DNA of 59,674 bases, the filler included. It is 5 parts of 5 records of this genome, joined end to end, with 100 filler letters (N's around TTAATTAATTAA, not from the genome) between each part and the next. Parts side by side here need not be neighbours in the genome. Positions count along the whole stretch, not along the records: positions 31,140 to 43,522 come from DRR723986_2937; positions 43,623 to 53,927 come from DRR723986_2939; 3 more parts are not named here. One strand, 5' to 3'. A program made the translations under genes and the position numbers. The stretch's first letter is position 1. Each line of letters starts with the position of its first letter. The notes beneath the pieces are model-generated. The model did no database searches, was not told where the DNA came from, and saw nothing but the letters and a program-made list of their open reading frames with translations. Below are positions 38,460-47,596 of the stretch, piece after piece.

Positions 38460-38771
38460 ATGGAATGGCGCGACCCGGATACCCCGGTGGACCTGTCGCC
38501 CGTCGGGTCGGAAACGATCCGCCGGGTGATCGAGCGGGCCATTGAAGACGGCAACCGGGTCGCCTCGCTCTCCCAATGGACCAGGGCGCTGGTGGCGCAT
38601 ATGGAGCAGGGGTTGAGCGAGGGCCATAAGACCGACATCCGGGCGCAGTATCCGGCGCTCGAATATTACGAGGATGCGGGCTCGCCCCATAACGAACCGG
38701 ACGAGGGCTTCATCGAAGACGGTTTTGCCGTTTCCTTCCCGCGGCCCCGGCCTCAGACCAGGCCTGGATGA
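38460..38771 (+). CDS. Hypothetical protein
   Basis: AAGGA RBS before ATG 38460. Fills the gap between RidA and rhodanese. Confidence 0.5.
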   Translation: MEWRDPDTPVDLSPVGSETIRRVIERAIEDGNRVASLSQWTRALVAHMEQGLSEGHKTDIRAQYPALEYYEDAGSPHNEPDEGFIEDGFAVSFPRPRPQTRPG

Positions 38772-39149
38772 CTATTTGCGGTATGGCTTCACCGGCAGGT
38801 TGGCTGCCCTCCAGGCCATTATCCCGCCGCGCACATTGCTGACATCGGTGAACCCGGCCCCGGCGAGCAGTTTCGCCGCCCGGCCGGACCGCATGCCGGA
38901 CCGGCAGATCACCGCCACCGGCGCCGAGGCGTCTTCCTTCATGAACCCATAGATCGTGTCGACCATGCGCGGATCGCCCAGCGTGACCGTGTGGGCGCCT
39001 TTCGGAATGCCGCTCTCCCATTCGCTTTCGGTGCGGACATCGACAAGGATCAGCTGCTTCTTGCGCACGCGGTCATTCGCGTCTGCCGGATCGATCTGCG
39101 GGATGGCGGGCTTGCTGCCACCGCCGAAAAGCTTGTCGAACAATCCCAT
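38772..39149 (-). CDS. Rhodanese-like sulfurtransferase
   Basis: LVDVRT..EW..G.PKGA, active loop CRSGMRS, GGIMAW. Confidence 0.9.
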   Translation of the reverse strand: MGLFDKLFGGGSKPAIPQIDPADANDRVRKKQLILVDVRTESEWESGIPKGAHTVTLGDPRMVDTIYGFMKEDASAPVAVICRSGMRSGRAAKLLAGAGFTDVSNVRGGIMAWRAANLPVKPYRK

Positions 39150-39245
39150 GGATCGCGCCTCATTGCCGTTACGGCCTGAGATTTAGCATCCGGGCAGGGG
39201 CCGCCATAGATGCGGCGCCTGCGACAGATGCAGTCATGGCGCCCG

Positions 39246-40337
39246 TCAGGCGAGGACGAGGCGGCAATCCTTCCGTGCCATCCGGGCAGGCAGCTGGAAC
39301 TCCGCCAGCGCGGCTCCGCCGACCGAAGCCAGCAGCGCATCGGCGCGGGCCTTCGCGTCTGCGTCCATGACGCCATAGGCATCCAGCACGGCCTGCAGGC
39401 GCCAGAGCGGGAACGTCCGCGCCGCCGCCGGTCCGGTGAAGCCTTCGATGGAGACCTCGATCTGCCCCACGGCGCGCGGCACGGCATCGCCGGATGACGC
39501 GTCTGCGGCCCATCCGGCGAACAGGTCGTTCGTGGCCTTGAGGGCCGGCAGCTGCTCGCGCATCTGGCGCTTCAGGATTGGCAGCAGCGTTTCCGGGATC
39601 CCATCATCAGCAGCGAGGTCGCCCGTGCCTGCGTCGCCCGCATGGGTGCGCTCTACCCAGTCCGCCACGCGCGGGGCGAGGCGTTTCATCAGCACGCCGG
39701 ATTCCGGGTCACGGTAGAGGTGGGCATAGAGCGGTCCAATGAAGGCGAAATCGGCGAGGCAGGGGCGCTCGCCGAGCAGGAAGGGGTGGGCTTCGAGATG
39801 CTGGGAAAACTCGCGGAGAAAAGCTTCATAGCTGCGCTCGATGCCGGGAATGGTTTCCGGATGAACACCCAGAATGGGCAGGGCGCCCTTGAAGCGCTGG
39901 CCGTTCTTCTTGCCGATCTCATACTGTTCCGGCCGGCTTAGCTGGGGCGCGGAGAGGGCGCCGAATTCGGAATAGGCCCAGTCTTCATTATAGGTCCAGC
40001 GATAGTGCATGGCCGGCAGGGTGAGCCATTCGTCGCCATAGAGCTGCAACAGGAGGGCCACGAAGCGCTGCAGCGGCGTGTCAGGCAGGACGGGCGGCGC
40101 GCGGTGCTCGGCGGCCTCGACCTGTTCGATGATGTCCGCGGTGTCCTGCACGATGGTGCCATCCGGCATCTTCATGACCGGGATCACGGGCCAGCCAACA
40201 TTGGGCAGGATGATGTCGCGGTAGACTTGCTGGGTCGCGATCTGTTCCTCGAAGTCCGCCCCGCGCCAGCGCAGATATGCGCGGGCCTTGCCGGTGAAAT
40301 AGCTGACCTCGGCGCCGTAGAGCGTATAAGCTGGCAT
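39246..40337 (-). CDS. Glutathione S-transferase-like protein (long form)
   Basis: SYFTGKARAYL, VIPV..QDTADII, FLLGERPCLADFA. Confidence 0.85.
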   Translation of the reverse strand: MPAYTLYGAEVSYFTGKARAYLRWRGADFEEQIATQQVYRDIILPNVGWPVIPVMKMPDGTIVQDTADIIEQVEAAEHRAPPVLPDTPLQRFVALLLQLYGDEWLTLPAMHYRWTYNEDWAYSEFGALSAPQLSRPEQYEIGKKNGQRFKGALPILGVHPETIPGIERSYEAFLREFSQHLEAHPFLLGERPCLADFAFIGPLYAHLYRDPESGVLMKRLAPRVADWVERTHAGDAGTGDLAADDGIPETLLPILKRQMREQLPALKATNDLFAGWAADASSGDAVPRAVGQIEVSIEGFTGPAAARTFPLWRLQAVLDAYGVMDADAKARADALLASVGGAALAEFQLPARMARKDCRLVLA

Positions 40338-40497
40338 GATGCGGTTTCCTGTCCCTTTGTGGCAGGCTTTGTGCCGCAGGACTGCCCGCGGACGCAAGGC
40401 TGCTATCCCTTAAAGGACAGTGCTTGACGCGCCGCGCCCAATCGTGTTGCCCGTGGGGCAATCCATTCCAACCAGCCGCAGGACCCCGTACGCGCTC

Positions 40498-41343
40498 ATG
40501 ACCCAGCTCACTTCTGTCTCTTCCTGGAAATCCTTTGGTGGAAACCTTTCCGTGTACGATCATGATTCTGCGGTGCTGGGCTGCAAGATGCGCTTTGCGG
40601 TCTACATGCCGCCGCAGGCAGCTGACGGCCCGGTGCCCGTGCTCTGGTATCTCTCGGGTCTCACCTGCAGCTGGGCAAATGTGATGGAGAAGTCCGGCCT
40701 GCAGCGCGCCGCGGCCGAGCATGGCATCATGGTGATCGCGCCGGATACCAGCCCGCGCGGCGAAGGCGTCCCGGACGACGAGGCCTATGATCTCGGCCAG
40801 GGCGCGGGCTTTTACCTGACTGCCACGCAAGCGCCGTGGGCGAAACATTTCAAGATGGATCAGTACATCACCGATGAGCTGCCAAAGCTGGTCGGAGCAG
40901 AGATCAAAAATGCCGACATGGGAAAACAGGGGATTTTCGGCCACTCCATGGGCGGGCATGGGGCGATCACCCTGCACCTGAAATATCCGGACACCTACAA
41001 GACCTGTTCGGCCTTCAGCCCGATTACCAGCCCGGCGCGTGTCCCATGGGGCCAGAAGGCGTTCACCGCCTATCTCGGCCCGGCGTCTGTGGCGTGGGAG
41101 CAGTACGACTCAACCGAACTGGTGAAGGAACGCCAGAGCCGTGCGCGCATCCTGGTCGATACCGGCACGGCGGACACGTTCCTCGAAAAGGAACTGAAGC
41201 CGGAGATCTTTATAGACGCCTGCATGGCCAACGGGCAGGCGCTCGATTACCGGATGCGCGAAGGCTATGGCCACGACTATTACTTCATTGCCACCTTCAT
41301 GGAGGATCACATCGCCCATCATGCGGCGAGCCTGAAGGGCTGA
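40498..41343 (+). CDS. fghA: S-formylglutathione hydrolase
   Basis: YLSGLTC, PDTSPRG, GQGAGFY, GHSMGGHGA, GYGHDYYFI. Confidence 0.95.
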   Translation: MTQLTSVSSWKSFGGNLSVYDHDSAVLGCKMRFAVYMPPQAADGPVPVLWYLSGLTCSWANVMEKSGLQRAAAEHGIMVIAPDTSPRGEGVPDDEAYDLGQGAGFYLTATQAPWAKHFKMDQYITDELPKLVGAEIKNADMGKQGIFGHSMGGHGAITLHLKYPDTYKTCSAFSPITSPARVPWGQKAFTAYLGPASVAWEQYDSTELVKERQSRARILVDTGTADTFLEKELKPEIFIDACMANGQALDYRMREGYGHDYYFIATFMEDHIAHHAASLKG

Positions 41344-41485
41344 CACTCTGACGATTTGGGAGAATGCGTCCGCAGGCCCCGGTGGGTATCGGGGTTCATG
41401 CGAAGCTGCTTCCCAGTGCCCTGCAAGCACACAGCCCCGCATGAATGCCGGCGTGGGACACCTGCACCTGCGAATCTTGTCTGCG

Positions 41486-42835
41486 CTACACCGCCTTGGC
41501 GTGGCGCGCATCGACCGGTTTGTACCGGCCGTCAAAACATTGGGCGACCGTGCGCAGAAGGAGGCGGGCATCCTTCGGTACACTGACGACATTGCCGTCG
41601 ATCCGGCAGAGACCGGCGGACTGCAGGAAGCGCGCAGTTTCCAGCGCGTCGTCCAGCGCGCCGGGGTCTGCGCCCATCTCACGGCAGGTCGCGTCCACAT
41701 CCACCCATAGCTGGCACATGAGTTTTTCGATCGCGCGGGCGCGCAGGCGGTCGTCCTCGGTCAGCTCGATACCGCGCTCCGACGGCAGGCGTCCGTTTTC
41801 AACCGCAGCGGTCCAGGCTGTGCGCGCCTTGAAATTCTGCACATAGCCCTGTCGGAATTGCGAGATCGAGGTCGAGCCGATGCCGACCAGCGTTTCGCAT
41901 GGGTCGTCGGTATAGCCCTGGAAGTTCCGGCGCAGCGTCCCAGCCCGGGCGGCGCGGGTGAGCGGATCGTCCGGGGCGGCAAAGTGATCGAGGCCGATGG
42001 CGTGGAACCCGGCGCCTGTCAGCGTGGCGGCGCCAGCCTCTGCCTGCCGGAAGCGTTCCTCAAGGCCGGGCAGGGCAGATTCGTCGATGGCGGACTGGTG
42101 CTTGGCGAACCAAGGCACATGCGCATAGCCGAAGAAGGAGACGCGCGCGGCGCCCATCTCGGCGGCAAAGTGGGCGGCTTCGACGACGTCTTCCACGGTC
42201 TGGAAGGGCAGGCCGTACATCAGGTCCATATTGATGGCGTGGATACCGACCGCGCGCAGGCGTTCGATGCCGTCCACCAGCAGGTCTTTCGGCTGGATGC
42301 GTCCAACCGCTTCCTGCACTTTCGGGGCAAGGGTCTGCACGCCGAAGCTGACCCGGCTCACGCCTGCGTCCGCCATGGCCTCAATGAAGTCCGGCGTCAG
42401 CGTGCGCGGGTCGACTTCGACGGCGATCTCGATATCGGGCTGCGTACCGAAGGCTTCCTTCGCGTGGGCGACAAGGCCCTTGAAATCGTCAGCCGAGAGG
42501 GCGTTCGGGGAGCCGCCGCCGAAATGCAGGTGCGCCATGCCGGCATGCGGGCCGAGCGCCTTGGCCCAGACGTCGATCTCCTGATGCAGCGTTTCCAGAT
42601 AGGTGCCGATCCGGCGGTAACCGTTTGGTACACTGGTGGCGCAACCGCAATAGAAGCAGAGTTTCTCGCAGAAGGGCACGTGCATGTAGACCGAGATCGG
42701 CTCATCCGGATTGACGGAGGCCGCCCAGATGCGTGCCTGATCTTCGGCGACGCGAGGGCTGAAGTCCGCCGCCGTCGGGTAGCTCGTGTAACGCGGAACG
42801 GGCCGCGTTGCGAAAGTGGTCCATGCCTGTTTCAT
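41486..42835 (-). CDS. hemN: Oxygen-independent coproporphyrinogen III oxidase
   Basis: PRYTSYPTA, radical SAM motif CEKLCFYCGC, HFGGGSP, GLDHFA, RNFQGY. Confidence 0.95.
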   Translation of the reverse strand: MKQAWTTFATRPVPRYTSYPTAADFSPRVAEDQARIWAASVNPDEPISVYMHVPFCEKLCFYCGCATSVPNGYRRIGTYLETLHQEIDVWAKALGPHAGMAHLHFGGGSPNALSADDFKGLVAHAKEAFGTQPDIEIAVEVDPRTLTPDFIEAMADAGVSRVSFGVQTLAPKVQEAVGRIQPKDLLVDGIERLRAVGIHAINMDLMYGLPFQTVEDVVEAAHFAAEMGAARVSFFGYAHVPWFAKHQSAIDESALPGLEERFRQAEAGAATLTGAGFHAIGLDHFAAPDDPLTRAARAGTLRRNFQGYTDDPCETLVGIGSTSISQFRQGYVQNFKARTAWTAAVENGRLPSERGIELTEDDRLRARAIEKLMCQLWVDVDATCREMGADPGALDDALETARFLQSAGLCRIDGNVVSVPKDARLLLRTVAQCFDGRYKPVDARHAKAV

Positions 42836-42953
42836 GCCCCGCGTCTTAGCAGCCTTGGCAGGCCGCCGGATTACGCAGAATCCCTTACGCATCCCCTGTC
42901 TCGACGGCGCCGTCGGCCGGGCGTAGGGTCGGTGCTTCAAGAGGAGAAAAACC

Positions 42954-43478
42954 ATGATCCGTACCGCTGCCTGCGCCGCCGCCCTGTTTACCCTTGCCAT
43001 ACCTGCGCTGGCGGGGCCGGAGGCGTTCCAGCCGGGCACTGTGGTGCCGGATTATGGCAAGGTGGCCATGATAGACGGGGTCATCCTGCCGGCGGACACG
43101 GTGATGAAGGTTGCGTTCGACATTGGGCAGGCCGGCCCGGAAGATAGCATCAGCCGCAGCCTGGAAACGCCGGCCCGGTTCCTGAACATGCATGCCGCCG
43201 CAGGCGTTGATCCGGCGAACCTGCACGTTGCGCTGATCGTGCACGGTGCTGCCGGCAAGGACCTGATGACGGATGAGGCGCGCGGCGCGCCCAATCCGAA
43301 TGCCGGCCTGATTGCGGAATTGCTGGCCGCGGGTGCGACCATCGAACTGTGCGGGCAGACGTCGGCCATGCGGGACATCGCACCGGAAGACCTGCTGCCG
43401 GGCGTGACCATCGGCCTGTCGGCCATGTCGACGCATGCCCTGCTGCAGCAGCAAGGCTACACGCTGAACCCGTTCTGA
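42954..43478 (+). CDS. DsrE-family protein with signal peptide
   Basis: Signal ending ALA-G, ARFLNMH, ALIVHG, NPN, ELCGQ, C-terminal QQQGY. Confidence 0.78.
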   Translation: MIRTAACAAALFTLAIPALAGPEAFQPGTVVPDYGKVAMIDGVILPADTVMKVAFDIGQAGPEDSISRSLETPARFLNMHAAAGVDPANLHVALIVHGAAGKDLMTDEARGAPNPNAGLIAELLAAGATIELCGQTSAMRDIAPEDLLPGVTIGLSAMSTHALLQQQGYTLNPF

Positions 43479-43522
43479 CAGCCCGGGCTCTGATTACACC
43501 ACAATAGTTGTTATTGTGGTGT

Positions 43523-43622
43523 NNNNNNNNNNNNNNNNNNNNNNNNNNNNNNNNNNNNNNNNNNNNTTAATTAATTAANNNNNNNNNNNNNNNNNNNNNN
43601 NNNNNNNNNNNNNNNNNNNNNN
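43523..43622. other. Artificial contig spacer
   Basis: 44 N + TTAATTAATTAA + 44 N. Confidence 0.99.
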
Positions 43623-43623
43623 C

Positions 43624-44460
43624 ATCGCCATGGTGTTCCAGAACTACGCGCTTTATCCGCACAAGACCATTCGCGGCAACATGTCGTTTGGTCTCAAGAT
43701 GCGCGGCATGAAAGGGGGCGAGATCTCCAGGCGGGTCGACGCTGCAGCGGAAATGCTGGACATCACGCACCTGCTCAACCGCAAGCCCGGCCAGCTTTCA
43801 GGCGGACAGATGCAGCGTGTCGCACTCGGCCGCGCCCTTGTGCGCGACCCGGCGGTGTTTCTGCTCGATGAACCGCTGTCCAACCTGGATGCGAAGCTTC
43901 GCTCCAGGATGCGGGAGGAAATCGCCCTTCTTCAGCGGCGCATCGGCAAGGCAATGCTTTACGTCACGCACGATCAAACGGAGGCAATGACCCTTGCCGA
44001 CAGGATCGTGATCATGCGCGACGGACATGTTCAGCAGATCGGCTCGCCGCTGGAGGTATACGACCGGCCGGCAAACGCCTTCGTCGCGGGTTTCATCGGC
44101 TCGCCCGAAATGAACCTCGTTGAAGCTGACCTCAAGAACGGTTTTCTCAGCCTCTCGGCTGATGTCTCAATTCCTGCCGGCAGCGATGCCGGTGAGCGGG
44201 AGGTGATTGCCGGCATTCGGCCGGAAGCCATAACGATTTCCGACGAAGGTCCGGAGTTCGCGGTCCGGGGCATCGAACAGCTCGGCTCGCAAACGCTTTT
44301 CATCGGCGAGACGGCTGGTCATCGCCTGCGGGTCATGACCCAGCGCAGGGACGACATCAAGGTTGGTGAGAGCGTTCATCTCGCTCTTCCCGCAGCAGCA
44401 ATACACCTGTTTGACCGCGCCAGCGGTGAACGCCTCGAGATGCCGGGAGGGGCAGCTTGA
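43624..44460 (+). CDS. Sugar ABC transporter ATP-binding protein, 5'-truncated
   Basis: [33 protein letters not shown] and a C-terminal TOBE-like region. Walker A is lost to the contig edge. Confidence 0.92.
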   Translation: MAMVFQNYALYPHKTIRGNMSFGLKMRGMKGGEISRRVDAAAEMLDITHLLNRKPGQLSGGQMQRVALGRALVRDPAVFLLDEPLSNLDAKLRSRMREEIALLQRRIGKAMLYVTHDQTEAMTLADRIVIMRDGHVQQIGSPLEVYDRPANAFVAGFIGSPEMNLVEADLKNGFLSLSADVSIPAGSDAGEREVIAGIRPEAITISDEGPEFAVRGIEQLGSQTLFIGETAGHRLRVMTQRRDDIKVGESVHLALPAAAIHLFDRASGERLEMPGGAA

Positions 44461-44507
44461 ACAAAAGGGTTTAGCCGCACCTGAAAGCGGTCAATTGGAG
44501 GAGAAAC

Positions 44508-45836
44508 ATGACTAAGAGCAAATTCGAGACAGGTCTCTGGACTAGACGCCAGGCCCTCAAGACCATGGGTATCGCCGGCGCCGGGCTGGCAGCCTCGTCC
44601 CTTGCGGCCCCGGCGCTCCGCGCCCAGGGCAACAAGCCCATCCGGTTTTTGAACTGCGAAACGGGCAAGGACACGCTTGCCTTTTTCTCGAAGGTGGCCA
44701 AGGAATACCAGGAAAAGACCGGCGTTGAGGTCGTCATCGATTCCGTACCGCTTGGCGAAAGCTTCACCAAGATCACCAATGGCATTCGCTCCGGAACCCC
44801 GTATGACGTGGCAAACGTCGGTTTCATCGGCCACGTGCTGCTATTGGCCGAGCAGGAACAAATCGTCCCCTTGAACGAGCTGACGGACGAATACCAGTGG
44901 GGGAACAACATCCTCTTCCCCATCGACAACAAGGTGTACTGGTACCCGTTCGACTACAACCTTGCGCTGATCTATTACCGCAAGGATCTTTATGAGACGA
45001 ACGGTCTGTCCCTGCCGAACACGTGGGATGCGTTCGTCCAGAACAGCGAGGCGCTTGTCCAGGGCCGCCAGAAAGGCGCGCTGTTCCCGATCGGATCGAA
45101 CGGTGCAACCAACTGGATGTCGTTTGCCTTCCTGTGGGCCGAGGGCGTCAAGCTGTTCGACGACCAATGGAACGTGATCCTGGACAACGACGAGATGAAG
45201 CCTCGGGTAGCCGCCTACCTCGACTTCATGACCAAGCTCTACGGGACGATGCCTCCGGGTGCTCTGCAGGCCAGCTATTCCGATGTCCTGTCCAACCTGG
45301 TTGGTGGTGCCGTGGCCCACGGAGCCTATGCCGGACGTGTTCTGGAAGCTGCAGAGCGGGACAACCCGACCCTGGCCGAGAACCTTGGCGTCATGCCCTA
45401 TATGGATATGTCCGGAAAGCAAAAGGCGGTCAGCCACGGCTACGACGGCTGGGTAGTCCTGAAGACGGACAACACTGGTCCGGCGATGGATTTCATGCGG
45501 TGGCTCACGACCGATCGCATGGTCGACTTCCTGCACACCGCACCGGTTCACTTCCAGCCGACGCGACTTGATATCTATGAAGACCAGCGTTGGCGCGACA
45601 ACGCAATGATCCAGAAATACTCTGGTGTGGTCGAGCAGATGCGAGAACTTGTGACCGACGAGTCTGTTGTGCTCACGTCCATTGACACGCAAGGCCCGGC
45701 GCCTGACGTCAGACCCGGCAAGGTGTTCGAGTCCTTCGTCATGCCTGAAATGCTGCAGAACAAGATCCTTCGCGAGATGGATTCTGCAGAGGCCGTGGAT
45801 CAGGCCGCAGCCAAAATGCGTGAAGTGATCAAGTGA
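44508..45836 (+). CDS. Tat-exported carbohydrate ABC substrate-binding protein
   Basis: Twin-arginine signal TRRQALK...APALRA and IYYRKDL..PNTWD. Confidence 0.88.
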   Translation: MTKSKFETGLWTRRQALKTMGIAGAGLAASSLAAPALRAQGNKPIRFLNCETGKDTLAFFSKVAKEYQEKTGVEVVIDSVPLGESFTKITNGIRSGTPYDVANVGFIGHVLLLAEQEQIVPLNELTDEYQWGNNILFPIDNKVYWYPFDYNLALIYYRKDLYETNGLSLPNTWDAFVQNSEALVQGRQKGALFPIGSNGATNWMSFAFLWAEGVKLFDDQWNVILDNDEMKPRVAAYLDFMTKLYGTMPPGALQASYSDVLSNLVGGAVAHGAYAGRVLEAAERDNPTLAENLGVMPYMDMSGKQKAVSHGYDGWVVLKTDNTGPAMDFMRWLTTDRMVDFLHTAPVHFQPTRLDIYEDQRWRDNAMIQKYSGVVEQMRELVTDESVVLTSIDTQGPAPDVRPGKVFESFVMPEMLQNKILREMDSAEAVDQAAAKMREVIK

Positions 45837-45845
45837 CGAAACGGA

Positions 45846-45867
45846 GAGGGGAGTGGAAACTCCCCTC
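45846..45867 (+). terminator. Intercistronic stem-loop after the SBP gene
   Basis: GAGGGGAGT-GGAA-ACTCCCCTC, a 9-bp stem with a GNRA loop. Confidence 0.55.
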
Positions 45868-45893
45868 ACTTTCACACCATCTGGAGTTCGTGA

Positions 45894-46754
45894 ATGACTC
45901 GCTGGTTGTTGCCGGGTTTTCTCGGTATCGGGTTTCTTGCGACCCTTGTCCTGATCGTCGGGCCTGCGCTTTATGCGGTTTCGCTCAGCTTTTATGACAT
46001 GCCGTCGCTTACGGCCGATCCGGTCTGGGTCGGTTTCGCAAAATACGCCAAGGTTCTTGCAAGCGCAGAGTTCTGGAACGCGCTTTGGAACGGCTTCGTC
46101 TATGCCGGGTTGGCGATTGTCCTGCAGGTGGTGCTGGGCATCGGCTTCGCGTTGCTCTTGAACCAGAATTTCATCGGCCGCTCTCTGCTGCGCGGACTGA
46201 CGTTCCTGCCGTATCTTCTGCCGACGGTGGTCGCGGTGCTGGTCTTCAAGTGGATGGTTGACGGCTCGCTCGGCATCATCACCGTTCTGATGGATGACCT
46301 GGGCCTGCCGCCGATCTACTGGTTCGAGACCGAGACCGCGTCCATGACGTCGGTGATCCTGATTTCGGTCTGGTTGTGGACCCCGTTCGTCACCACGACC
46401 TTTCTCGCCGGGCTGCAGACAGTTCCGACCCAACTCTATGAAGCGGCGCGCGTAGACGGTGCCGGGCCCGTTCGGCGTTTCTTTCACGTGACCCTGCCGT
46501 CGCTGCGCCCGATCCTGACGGTCATCATTCTTCTGCGGGGCGTGTGGATGTTCAACAAGTTCGACGTCATCTGGCTGACGACGGGCGGCGGTCCGCTTGG
46601 TGCCACGGAACATCTGCCGGTCCTGTCCTACCGGGAGGCATTTGCCCTTTATGACATCGGCAGCGGTGCAGCGATCGCAACGCTTTCCTTCTTCGTCCTG
46701 ATGGTCGCCGTTGCAATCTATTTCCGGGTGTTCCCAATGGAGGAAGGCAAATGA
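45894..46754 (+). CDS. Carbohydrate ABC permease
   Basis: LYEAARVDGA EAA motif and TM helices. Confidence 0.92.
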   Translation: MTRWLLPGFLGIGFLATLVLIVGPALYAVSLSFYDMPSLTADPVWVGFAKYAKVLASAEFWNALWNGFVYAGLAIVLQVVLGIGFALLLNQNFIGRSLLRGLTFLPYLLPTVVAVLVFKWMVDGSLGIITVLMDDLGLPPIYWFETETASMTSVILISVWLWTPFVTTTFLAGLQTVPTQLYEAARVDGAGPVRRFFHVTLPSLRPILTVIILLRGVWMFNKFDVIWLTTGGGPLGATEHLPVLSYREAFALYDIGSGAAIATLSFFVLMVAVAIYFRVFPMEEGK

Positions 46755-47593
46755 GTGGACAAATCCAGGCTCGCCGCGTTGCCGGCCGGGCGGGACTTTA
46801 CTTCGCGGTGATCGTTCTAGCGGTCTACAGCGCCTTTCCCATCTACTGGATGGTCGTTTCTTCCCTGCGCCCCACGCAGGAAATGCTCATGAACCCGTCT
46901 CTGGTACCGCAGCGATGGACGCTTGAGTATTACACCAGCCTATTGGCGCAGACCGACTATCCGCGGCAGTTCCTCAACAGTCTCATTGTTGCGGTGACCA
47001 CCGTTGCCCTGACAATGCTTCTGTCCGTCATGATCGCCTATGGTGTCACCCGCCAGCGCATTCGCGGCAAACAGATGATCATCGCCGGCATGCTCTATGC
47101 CTACATGTTCCCGCCGCTGCTGCTGGCAATCCCGCTTTACGCAATGTTCGCGGCAATCGGCCTCAACGATACGCTGCTGTCACTGGTCATTTCCCACCTG
47201 ACCATCACGATGCCGCTCGGCGTCTGGTTCCTGTGGGGGTTCTTCAAGACAATGCCCTTCGAGCTTGAGGAAGCAGCCATGGTGGACGGTTGCACGCGCC
47301 TGGGGGCTTTCCTGCGTGTTGTACTGCCGCTGTCGGTCCCCGGGCTGGTAACGGTCGCGATCTTCGCCTTTCTCCTTTCCTGGACCGACTACACCTTTGC
47401 CCTGGTCATGATCGGATCGGACGCGAACAAGACGGTGCCTCTGGGTCTGGCTTCGATGATCGGCGCCTTTGACCTGAGATGGGGAGATATCATGGCAGGC
47501 TCCACACTGATTGCCATGCCGTTGTTCATAGCGTTCATCACGCTCTCTCGTTACTTCGTCCAGGGCCTGACCGCCGGTGCGGTGAAAGGATAA
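46751..47593 (+). CDS. Carbohydrate ABC permease
   Basis: LEEAAMVDG and C-terminal GLTAGAVKG. Confidence 0.92.
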   Translation: MSGQIQARRVAGRAGLYFAVIVLAVYSAFPIYWMVVSSLRPTQEMLMNPSLVPQRWTLEYYTSLLAQTDYPRQFLNSLIVAVTTVALTMLLSVMIAYGVTRQRIRGKQMIIAGMLYAYMFPPLLLAIPLYAMFAAIGLNDTLLSLVISHLTITMPLGVWFLWGFFKTMPFELEEAAMVDGCTRLGAFLRVVLPLSVPGLVTVAIFAFLLSWTDYTFALVMIGSDANKTVPLGLASMIGAFDLRWGDIMAGSTLIAMPLFIAFITLSRYFVQGLTAGAVKG

Positions 47594-47596
47594 CTC

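Noticed and set aside
41371..41472. 6S RNA
   Set aside because: Too short, no evident promoter and not in the usual zapA/ygfA context. Kept only as an unassigned hairpin.
43496..43512. NrdR box
   Set aside because: The spacing is one base short of consensus and no ribonucleotide reductase gene is visible.
14582..44460. ABC ATPase fragments ending contig A and starting contig D as halves of one gene
   Set aside because: They overlap in protein coordinates and differ in sequence ([13 protein letters not shown] vs [13 protein letters not shown]), so they are paralogues.
44841..46613. Long antisense or alternate-frame ORFs (this 590-aa one, also 3581-4981, 18438-20150, 31442-32977, 41858-43147)
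   Set aside because: They are shadow ORFs opposite well-supported genes, expected with high-GC codon bias, and carry no recognisable motifs.
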